From the NCBI GenBank assembly GCA_018398765.1, contig JAHBMJ010000455.1, positions 1 to 64,000 of the forward strand: 64,000 nucleotides of DNA, in the 5' to 3' direction. The notes below the pieces were generated by a model. The model searched no databases. It saw only the letters and a list, made by a program, of their open reading frames with translations, and had not been told where the DNA came from. This document shows, piece after piece, positions 53,925-64,000 of the stretch; within the stretch, counting starts at the first letter, position 1; each line of letters begins with the position of its first letter. The translations under genes and the position numbers were made by a program. Source of the DNA: Chromera velia (lineage: Eukaryota).

Positions 53925-56050
53925 GGCGGGCAGGCAGGCAGGCAGGCAGACTGTCTGTTTCAGACAGACAGGTAGGCAGACAGACAGACCTTCCACAGTC
54001 CGTGCAACCAGCGGCTTCTCTGTTTGCACAGATCTTTGTACTCAAAAGGGGAGCGCTCCCACATCACCCCCTGCAAGAAAAAAAGGGGGGCAGAGGAAAG
54101 GAAAGGAAAGGAAACAGACGAGACGGGCGTGAAGGGAAGGACTTTGGAGAAAAAGGAGACCGTCATGAGACGAATGGGAAAAGGGGCCGTAGAGAAAAAA
54201 AGGGTGGACGGGATCGGATTCTTGGAAGATAAAAGGAGAGGCGACGAATGAGGGAAAGAAGCAGGGCACCGTCGGATCGAGGCCGAGAGGGGGGGAAACG
54301 AGAGAGCAAGGGCAGAGACAGAGACGGGAGAAAGGGACAGACGCAGACATGGAGGTTCACGAGAGAGAGAGAGAGGAAGCAAGAGACGATAGAGAAAAGA
54401 GAGTGGGGACAGAAGCGCCGGACGAAAGAGACGAACGAAGGGGAGGTACATCCAAGTCATGTCCAACTCACCCAGACAGACAGACGGATACTGACTGACC
54501 TTAATGAATCCAAACGAGACCCCTTTGCCGAGGGCGTACAATGCCATGCACGCATCTTCCGTAATACTGCCTTGTGGGCCAACATCGAATGAGACTTTCT
54601 TCTCTGTCTTGTGGCTGAGGCAGACGTAGGATCCCTTCATGCCCTGGAGGGCTGTATGCCCGAGAGCGAACTGCAGTCGGAAGCGGCAGTAGTCGTCCAC
54701 GATTCGGATGCAGTCTGCCATGGTGTTGATCATGTGGACGACAGGGAAATCATGTCCGTAGACGATGATGCCCTGCCCGATTCGATCTACCTCCCACGGC
54801 TTTTCGGCAAACCAGTGGAGTATGCCTTGGAGGGCTTGGGGGGTGATTTTGGTCTCCTCATCGAGGTGGACGATGATGTCTTCGTCTTGAATCTCTTCGG
54901 TGGCATCCTCGAGGTCTCCTCCCGCGACTTGACGGCGGGAGCTGTACTCGAGAGCGTACTGAAGGGCTCGGGCCTTGAACTTGCTCTTCTCTGCGGTTTG
55001 GTATTCGCTTGGGACAAGGACGGTCCGAAGGTCAACGTGATAGTCCCTCATGATCCTGTCCTTCAGAGGGATTCGTTCTTCGGGGACACCTGATGCGGTT
55101 GGGCGCTCTGGGGGTGGGGGGATGTCCTCTATGAGGGGCATGCGCAAGTCTGTGACGATCTCAATGACAGGCTTGTACAGCACGCTGTACAGGTGTGCCT
55201 GTTCGTTGGTGGTGTAATCGCAGATCACTCTGGCGTTGTGGATCGTGCTGTTCTTGACGACCTTCTGGTTCTCACCCTTCGTGACCACCCGGAAGTAGAT
55301 CCGACGCTGTCTTGCTTTTCGTCCTTTCTCGGGATCTTCCTTCACCCTCATGGCGTCAACGACATCCTCCCACTCAGGATGGTCGTCTGACCACTGAATA
55401 CCGAGGGGGTTCAGCATCCCTACTACGTTCCAGGCAGCAAGGATGAGCCCAAAGATGACTGTGGGACAAATGATGATGAAACAGAAAATGAGGAGAAGGG
55501 TCTCTCCTGTAGAAGAGTACCACTTCTTGAGGTGGATGCCTGGGATCATGGGGCCTGCAGAGAGAGACAGACAGACAGACAGACAGAAGGGGACGGGATG
55601 AGAAATAGGACAAGAGCTTCTGGGAGGAGCAAGCTGCTGACCCAGATCTTCATGAACACACGTGATGGGGCGAACCCAGAGGCTGACAGTGTTTTGGTAA
55701 ACGGGTGAGGGACCCATGCAGGAAGAGGTGAGCGGACCACTTGAACGTTCATGCACAGGGAAGACACACACCTTATGCGTACGCAAGTGAACAACGGTTG
55801 ACTCCCTTGACTGACATTTCTTTGCAGGGTTGTCTCCAAAGCAGTCCCAATACTTGTACCAACTTCCCCAAAAGTAGATGTAGATCAGGAATCCGGTAAT
55901 GCAGTAGAGATATGTCCACTTTGTGAAGTAGTACGGCTTGATTTCAGGTCTCTTATTGATCGTTTGACCGAAGACGATTTGTTCTCTTTGCTGCACTTGG
56001 TCGTAGCTGCGCCGCTCGCCTGCGGGCAGGTTACCTTGGCGGCTGAACAT
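51123..56050 (-). CDS. GT2 membrane glycosyltransferase, egghead/BRE-3-like beta-1,4-mannosyltransferase (~809 aa); 7 exons
   Basis: Exons 56050-55816, 55554-54500, 54070-53990, 53436-53254, 52857-52680, 52308-52186, 51697-51123; GT..GCAG introns with consistent phases. Motifs IYFRVVTKG, KFKARALQYALE, IVHLDEET, IGQGIIVY, KGSYV, SFDVGPQGSITED, ERSPF..QRSRWLHG (QxxRW), C-terminal TM helices and EFHVVRK. Confidence 0.9.
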
Positions 56051-59000
56051 TCCTTCAGGCACAAAGTCGTGTCAGAGAAAGATCAATCGAAGAGTGAGGA
56101 GGCCTCGATCAGCCGGTTTTGATCTGTACAAAATGATCGAGACAGGTCAAGATACAGGGGAATCTTCAAGCGCACTGGAAGAGAAAGACAAATTCGCTTG
56201 CAAAATCGCAGAGCCACAAGGCCAATAGCAGGCAGTGGTCGTCGACTTGACTTGGGTTGGGCAGGACTGAACACCGGGAGTGTCTTGTCAGTTGAGTCCG
56301 TCCACTGGATGAGGTTTCTGCAGCAGTCAGATCTTTAAGTATATGTTGCAATGATCGTCTGTACGTGTCTGTGTGTGGTGTATCGCTTGGTGCACTCTTG
56401 TTGTTTTTGAAAAATTGAAAAAAATGGAAAAGAAGATTTGGGAGAGAAATTCAACTTGCATAAACTAATTTTAGGTTACAGTATCTTGCGTCGGTATTTT
56501 TGTCGTTGTAGCAGGCTTCAGCCATCGCAGGAACTCAATTTCACTTAAGCTCTGTATAGTGCCGCAAAAATCGGGATTCTGGGGCCCTAAACTAAGTAGA
56601 CTTGCTTGGAGGGCTCTTTTCAGAATACGGAAAGGCTCTGCTGCATGCTCGCACGGAGCACATGTTGGGCTCGGAATGGCTCCGGCCTCCATGCATGCAC
56701 GGCTCCTCCAAATTAACTCTGCACGCGTCTCCAATGCGATGGCCTATACATTGGAGTGTGGCTTGGACGAAACATCACGAAACATCCCCCCCTCTCTCCC
56801 TCTATAATACAGCTCTCTCTCTGTGTGTGTGTACATGCACTCGAGCCTGAGGAGACAGTGAAGTTCCAAGTCGAAGCGGACCCGTTGGTTCGTTTTTGTT
56901 TTTTGATTCTGAGAGGGATTGAATACTTTGCCGCCTCCCGTCTCCTTCTCACCGTGCACGGGTTTTGATTCCTCTGAGATTACACAGCAAGTTCTCACTC
57001 GTGGCCTCGAGAGAAGGCGCAACTTGAATCGTTTCAAGGACACGATTCAGCACGATTTGTTCTGAGAACGAGAGGGACGAGTTTTGATGAGCATGAAGTG
57101 AGAGAGAATTAACAAACCCGAAAACCTCCTTCCTCTCCGGCTCACTGAGCCTCTTCGGGCCTCCCGTGAGACCTACCTTCCTTCGAGTGCTGTCGCAAGC
57201 GCCCGCTTACTCAATTATTCTATTTCCCTTCAGATGGGGGAGTACACTCAATTATTTCCCTTCAGATGGGGGACCTGTCATCATAGAACGAGCTGTCACT
57301 CTGAAATACAGGGGATCCCTCGGGTGCATGCATGTGGTTTTCCGCACACACAAAAGACAGCAGCAGTTTGTGCATACGCAGTGCAGACTTCAGGGGGTGT
57401 TTGTCTCCATTCGCTTCAAATCGCCCTTACTGAGCAGCATGCCGGTGAGGCGAAGTCGCACAGGTTCATCTCTCATTCGTTGTCGGTCTTTGAAGGTCTC
57501 TTCTCAGGTTGCCTTCTTGCCTGATCTCTTTTGAACGGCACCCAGACTCCCCTGACCCTGACCCTGCCCCCAAGCAAAGGCGCGGTGAGCCCACTGCGCT
57601 CTCAGTGAAGGCTGATCCACCAGACAGCCGCACTGGAGCTAAGGTACTCCTGAAGGACTGCATGCTGAGGGGAGGGATGAAGGCTCAGCCAAGTGGGTAT
57701 GTGCTTTCGCTTCATTCACTTCTCCCACAGGTTTGAGGTCGCGAGCCCTCAAGCATGGCCCCTTCTCTTCGAAATGTATCTCCTTTCCAGTAGACACCGT
57801 GAGCCACGTCTACGCGGTGCATGCCTCATTTCCCGATGCATGGGCACAGACTGCAGTGCTCCATTACCGATAAGATAAGCACCACAAGCTTGGCTCGAGT
57901 GTGCTTCCCTTCCCTTGAAACTGCGGCTCGGAGTCCCATTCCGTTGGACACAGCAGATCGCCAGCCGCACTTCCATGATCCCGTTTCCGATAGACTCTGC
58001 GGGATTCCTTTCGCGCATACCCGAGTCACTGTGATATCGCCCCGGAACCCACCTCCCTCCCTTCTTTTCGACCCCTTCCCCTCCTTCCTCTTAATCTTCG
58101 TCAACTGCCGCTCTCTCTTGTCCCAAACCTCTTCGAGATCGCACCCAAGTTACCGTTGCGAGCCAGATACTTCTGACCTCGACAACCAGACCCCCTTTCC
58201 ACCACAATCGCAACCCACACCACATCCCCTATTTCCAAACACGCGCGAATTTTCCAACTCCGAGTCGACAGACGCCCCCGAAACAACCCACACCCCCTCA
58301 AGCGCTCCAGCCGTAATCTGCATTCTACCTCCGCGATGAGATGGTGATGAGCAAGTTGCGCTCATGAAGAGCCAAGTCAGAAAGTCGTGAACTTGAGCGG
58401 CACTGACTGTTCGTTCAAGTGTGACCAAGAGGCTGACCGCGACTATGTGAGAGTGGCGAAGGCCCTGGGAGGAAACGAGAGAGTTGTTGACATGGATACA
58501 GTCGTGAGTAGAAAGAAAAGAAGCTGAGTCGTTTGCCTTGACAAGAGAAAGACAACGAGTCGGACAGGCAAACGAGAATTTCAGAGTGCATGGGAGAAAA
58601 GAGAAAGTCAATTCCGTGACATTCTTGCAAAATTTAAGGCAAAAATGGGAGTGAAGACTATGTAGCCGTTTCTCTGCATGACCTTTCTCCTTCAATTGAT
58701 CTATACCGTCACTTGGTTCGTAGCCGCGGGAATGCAAGTGTCAGTGGTTGAAGGAGGGAAGCGCCCATGGAAAAGAGAACCTAGAAAGAGAACTGAAAGG
58801 AATCAGGGAGAGAGAGCAAGCAGATTGTCAGAATCAACAAAGGAGTACATGAAACTAACCAAAAGATATGCGGGTAACAGACAGATGGGCGGAAAGAGGG
58901 GAGAGCAACAGTGTGGACAAAGGAGTGGAAATGGATTGATGATCGAAGACGTGTCTGCCCGTTGGTGTTTGCTTGTTTTTAGGTTCAATGCGCACTTTTT

Positions 59001-59451
59001 TCTTCGCGTATGTAACAGTGCGATGAAGGGAAACTTCGCAAAGACCGCGTAGTTGAGTGTGTCCAAATCCGCCGGCGGCGGTGCAAAGCAATGGAATGCA
59101 TTCAGAGCAAATAGCTGAATCTGGGCCTGAATGCATGTGTGTGCTTGCAGTGACTCGGAAACCCCTGGATCGATGAAGATCGTAAAGGAGCGAAAGATCA
59201 ACAAAAAAACATTTTGGTCTGATCGATTGAAAACCATCTATTTGAAGGAGCCTTAGGAGGGCACATGTGCCGTGACACTGCCGTCACTGCCATGTACTAT
59301 TATAGTAGTAGCAGCTAGTATTATACAGTGGGCCACTGACTATAATATTCAAAAAGTAATTGTTCATATTTGTTAACATTAGATTCAAAATAAACTAATC
59401 CTATATATAGGCGTCTAACGTTCCGCAAATCACGACACGCATGCTGGCAGA

Positions 59452-59804
59452 CTAGGCTCTGTACTCTAAAAAAAAAGAAAAGAAAAAACAAACAAACGGT
59501 GCTGGTATTTTTTTTATTTTTTTATATATCGGCACAGCAACTGTTGTTTTTTAAGCAACACTGGCACAGTTGCCAATACTCTTTGCAATATCTAAACAAC
59601 ACCCTAGCAATACCTGAATAAGTATGAATAAGTGTTATTCTTTATGTAACACTCTTTAATACTATTTTAAACAACTTGACAACATCTTTGCAACACTTTG
59701 ACAACACCTGAACAACAGTTGTTTGTCAGCATCTATAAAAAAAAAATCTAAAAAAAAAAAGACTCCAATATTTGTTTTATGTCTTTTTACAGTGCGGAGC
59801 CTAG
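59452..59804. mobile_element. 353-bp MITE with 8-bp target-site duplication (hAT/P-like)
   Basis: Left TIR CTAGGCTCTGTACTCTAAAAA versus reverse-complemented right TIR CTAGGCTCCGCACTGTAAAAA (18/21). Perfect flanking duplication CTGGCAGA at 59444-59451 and 59805-59812. Subterminal inverted similarity and internal CAACA repeats. Confidence 0.8.
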
Positions 59805-60972
59805 CTGGCAGATCATCTGCTGTTAAATGATGGACCTTCATTTCGTAATATTTAGTAACTAGCTTCAAGTTAACAACTGCATTTCTATGATTAAGCAATT
59901 TATTGGTGCCCTTAAGCAGTGTCGCCCCGCTGTTTTAATTGTCTTATAGAGGTCAATCTTTTTTTTTTTTAATGTATTTAATGTAGTACATCCCACTGTG
60001 CACTAGACTGTGCAAGGCCTAGAACTACTTAGAATTCAATCAATTAATCCTAGAACTAATCAAAATCATGCAGTTTTTCTTTTTTTCTTAATTGCTACCT
60101 GTATATAGGTAAAGCTATACAGGTAGTACACTAGCAAGTTACTAAGCAAATTATTATACTATGGTCAATTCATCAACAATAAACGAAATAATTCGAATTA
60201 TGATCGAGAAGTTTACAACATTCAATTACTTTGAACCTAGCTTTTAACACAGATTTTATGACTTTTTGACTGATGATCTGGCTGTCAGTGGCTGCGCGTA
60301 CCACTTCAGCCACCGTCAGAAACTGTTCCTTGCCAAAGGTCTTTCAAGTATTTACAAATTATGCGTGCAGTCTACGGTGCAGATCATCGACTTCATTCAG
60401 GTGCCTGGAGCCGGCCAACCGTATAGAACGGACTCCCGTGACGCATACAGAGTATCCGCACAGGGGGGGCCACTCAAGTGAGCAGACAGACAAGCACTTT
60501 CCTCAACACAGTGTGCGAGTACATGAAACACATTTACCGTGAAGCATGCGAAAAGAGTCCGATCGTCATGGAAGAGCGACGAAATATGCACAAGAAAAGG
60601 AGTGCATCGATCACTTGAGAGCAAATCTGCACCAAAGACTAGACCAAAGCTCCTCGCTTGCCTGCCTGAATTGATGTGTTGCGGGTCAGCAACAGGGACA
60701 AAAGAAAGTCTGCGAGTCAACACAGACGACAACAAAAGAGTTTCCGTTCGAACACACCGCCGGAGGGAAAGAGATCGAGGAGTCTCGTTGCCCTCCCGAG
60801 GTACTTCTCCCTTACACACGCTCTTGTTGCATTCGCAGGATGCTGCACTCGCACGCACACCCAGAATTCACTCAGCATCATTTCACTACGACTCCCGCTC
60901 TGCACTCTCTACTCACACAAGACGGGGCCTTCACGCAAGCTGACGCGGCACAAAATGATTGAAACAAACCGC

Positions 60973-63900
60973 TTAGTCGTGCTTGTGGCCGTGACCGGAA
61001 GCGTAGCCCTTGCCGGAAGAGGCAGTGGCAGGGATGGTCTCAGTCATCACGCACTGCTTTCCGGTGTCGCTGAAGCCCTTGGGGCAGGACTGGGTGGTGG
61101 TGTAGGAGGTGGTGGTGCAGCCTCCGTTCTTTCCGGCGGTGGAACCGGGGGGGCAGTTGTAGACGGCAGGGACGGACTGGGTTGCCTCGCAGGTCTTTCC
61201 AGTATCAACAGAGCCGGGGGGGCAGAAGTAGGTCGTGTGGGACTCCTGGATGTAGGTGGTGTCAGCAGGGATCTGCTCGGCGACAGTCACGGGGACGTAG
61301 GTGAGGGCGGTCTCCTCGAGGGAGCAGCCTCCCTTCTTGCCAGAGCCAGAGCCGGCGCCGGGGGGGCACACAGACTCAGTGGTGACCTTCTCAGTTCTGG
61401 CAATCTCGGTCTCAGAGGCGGTGGTGAAAGTGGGGATGGCGGGGACAGAGGTGGTCATGGGGACAGTGGTGGTCACAACCTTGGTGGTGGTGACGGGAGT
61501 GGGGGCGTAAGAGGTCTGGAAAGAGGTGATGGTGTTGGCAGCAACAGTCTCAGTGTTGTAGCCGGTGGAGACAGAGTGGGAAGTCTCAGTCATGGTGGAG
61601 GTGGCGTAAGTGAGGGAAGTCTCCTCCGCAGACGAGAAGGCGGAGGCGCTGTCAGCAGGGACAACGGAGTAAGTGGGGACCATGGGGACGGTCTCAGTGA
61701 AAGAGTCAGTCACGACGCGGTACTTGGTCTCCATGGGGCAGGGCTGCCCACCGGCAGCGGGGGGAAGAGGGGTGCCCTTACCCTTGGAGCCGTGGCCGTG
61801 ACCGTGGGAAGAGCCGTGGCCATAGCCAGTTCCGGTGGCAACAGAGCCGTCAGGGCGGATGCAAGGGGCGTAGTTGACACGGGAGTTGGTGACAGTCACA
61901 GGGGAAGACTCGTGAGCAATGGAATACTTCACAAGAGCAGGGACGGTCTCGGTGTAAGAGGAAGAGTCTCGGTGTAAGAGGAAGAGTCAACACCGGTGAA
62001 GGTTTCCTCGAGGACAATATCGTCATACACGGTGTAGACCTCCTCGGTGGTAGCGGTCTCAGTCACGGTGCGGGTCTCATATCTGTAGAGCTTAGGGACG
62101 ACCTCAGTGATAGTTGAGGGCTCGAAGGTGATGCTGGTGGTGGTGAAAGTCTCAGCGGGAACATCCTCCCAACTGCAAACAACAAAAAGGCAAATCGATG
62201 GAAAAATAATCACAGAATGAAGTTGACGAGCGAGTCACAAAAACGCTCCCAAAGTGCCAGTGCATGTGTGCATCGAAGAGAGTGCAAGACATGTCATCAA
62301 GGGAGAAACAAGAGATAGGCGACAGAAAGAAAGAGTCAGGCAAGGAGAAAGCGATGGAGAGGCAAGAGGCCTTGGGAAGCAACAGAGTGCTGTGTAAGCA
62401 TCCTACTGACGTCTGAGTGGCGCAAGTGGTCTCGGGTCCTTCGCCGACGGGGGTAGTGCCCTCAGGGCAGGCGTACTTGGGGACCTTGCTCTTCATGTCA
62501 CCGGGGAGCTGGGTGGCAGGAACAGTCACAATGACGGGCTTCTTGCACTTGGGGGCCTTGGAGCCTCCGGCGTGGAGCTCGGAACCGGGGGGGCACTCGG
62601 TGTGAGAGTCGGTGTGAGTGACGGGGTGCTGGGTGGTCACAGTCACAACGCAGTTGCCGTTGGCGTCCTCAGTGGTGCCCTTGGGGCAGTACTCAACGGG
62701 GTAAGACTCCACGCGAGTGACAGGGACAGTCACGGGCTTCTTCTCGAAGCGAGCCCTCTTGACAGTCTTGGGGGCGGAGGTGGTGACGGGAGTACCGGAA
62801 GGAAGAGTGACAGTGCAGATCAGAGAGGCGTCAGCGCATTCAGCACCGGAGGAAGCACCGCCCTTCTTGGAGTAAGAGCCGCCGGTGAGGCCGCTGGCGC
62901 AGCCGGAGGGAGTGGTGCCGGGGGGGCAGTAGTAGGAGGGGACGAGGAAAGACTTGGTGAGGGTGAGGGTCTGGGGAAACTCCTCGATGACCGGGGACTC
63001 GGCATCAACGGGCACCTCGTAAGATTCGAGTCTGGAGCGGGTAAGGGTGAGGGTGCAGGTGCCATCCTTCTGGGCGGTGGTGCCGTCGGGGCACGTCCTT
63101 CCCTGAGCGATCTCCGTGGCGGGGAGGCTGAAAGAAGACATCTTGGACTCGAGGGTGGGGACACGGACAGTCTTCTCGGACATGTGAGTCTCGACGTTCT
63201 GGAAAGAGGTGGTGGCGGTGCAGTCGCCTCCCTTCTTTCCGTCAGATCCAGTAGTTCCCTCAGGGCACTCGGAGTAGGAAGAGGGAGTGTTGACGGGGAT
63301 GGACACAGAGGTGGTCTCGGCGATCTGAGAGTATTCAGTTGTGGTGCCAGTCACAATGCAGTCGCCATTCTTGTCCTGGGTGGTGCCCTTAGGGCAGACA
63401 GGGGCACCGGCAACGGAGACGGGCTTGGAGACAGAGACCTCATAGGGAGCCTTGGTGACGGTAGTGGACTGGTCAGGGACCTTGCGGGGCTGAACAGTGG
63501 CCTGCTGGTCGGCCTTGTGGACAGTGCACATGCCGTCAGAGCCGGGGCCCTCAGATCCTTTGGGGCAGGAGAGCACAGGCTTCTCGGTGGTGTGAGTCTT
63601 GGCCTCCTTGGCAACGGTGGTGGTGGAGACGCAGGTCTTGCCAGACATGGTGGAGCCCTGCAGGAAGGAAAGTTTGAAAGTGGTATAGTGAGATGAAGCG
63701 TGAAGCGTGCGTAAGGAGAGACAAGAGACATGGAGGTAGTGGGGTGCCAGCCGAAGGAAGGAAGACAAAAAGTGGCATTGACGCACCTTGGGGCAGGCCT
63801 TCTCGGGGGCGACATCGACGACGTTGGCGACCTGAGAGGTCTCGTAGTCAGCAGTGATGGTCTTCACACAGTCAGTGCCGGCAAGCTCGTACCCCTTGGG

Positions 63901-63987
63901 ACAGGAATAGGTGGTAGGCGGAGGAGCATACCCCTTCTTCTGGGCAACTGCCACAGCGAAAGCGGCGGGAACGGTAAGGAACTTCAT
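60973..63987 (-). CDS. Secreted Cys/Thr-rich oocyst-wall-protein (COWP/OWP)-like protein (~875 aa if repaired); 3 exons; frameshifted in this assembly
   Basis: Exons 63987-63787, 63657-62411, 62172-60973. Signal peptide MKFLTVPAAFAVAVA; many CP(K/P/E/D)G-x(4-12)-C repeats (e.g. CPKGYELAGTDC); His-rich patches GHGSSHGHGHG and terminal GHGHKHD. A 20-bp tandem duplication at 61946-61985 breaks the frame. Confidence 0.8.
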
Positions 63988-64000
63988 CTTCAGTTAGCAA

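Noticed and set aside
57209..57740. 32-bp local duplication (57209-57273) and a possible small plus-strand exon/intron (57509-57730)
   Set aside because: No recognisable protein, and the putative intron is very short. Insufficient support for a gene.
60676..63696. Long plus-strand ORFs 60676-61977 (433 aa) and 62572-63696 (374 aa)
   Set aside because: They are Gly-rich antisense shadows of the codon-biased wall-protein exons, with no independent motifs.

Overview
This is eukaryotic, intron-rich genomic DNA with microsatellite-laden introns, abundant TGCATGCA motifs and an oocyst-wall-like gene. By inference it comes from an alveolate close to Apicomplexa, most likely a chromerid such as Chromera; the sequence alone cannot prove this. 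It contains (1) the 3' part of a Ty3/Gypsy chromovirus, with gag and pol in one frame separated by a single TGA, plus PPT and probable 3' LTR; and (2) five spliced protein genes whose exon phases I joined by hand: a probably N-myristoylated alpha/beta hydrolase (+), a signal-peptide-bearing class II cyclic-nucleotide phosphodiesterase (-), a triple-CCCH zinc-finger protein (-), an egghead/BRE-3-like GT2 beta-1,4-mannosyltransferase (-), and a Cys/Thr-rich oocyst-wall-protein-like gene (-) frameshifted by a 20-bp tandem duplication. It also has (3) AT/TpA-rich islands holding MITEs, a 643-bp foldback and LINE 3' remnants, and (4) two long SSR-rich stretches with no recognisable coding sequence. 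The strongest novelty candidate is a RIP-like mutation signature in repeats: all 12 differences between the foldback arms are transitions, none at CpG. Other candidates are the secreted class II PDE and an atypical GTNNGY splice-donor pattern that seeds tetranucleotide microsatellites.
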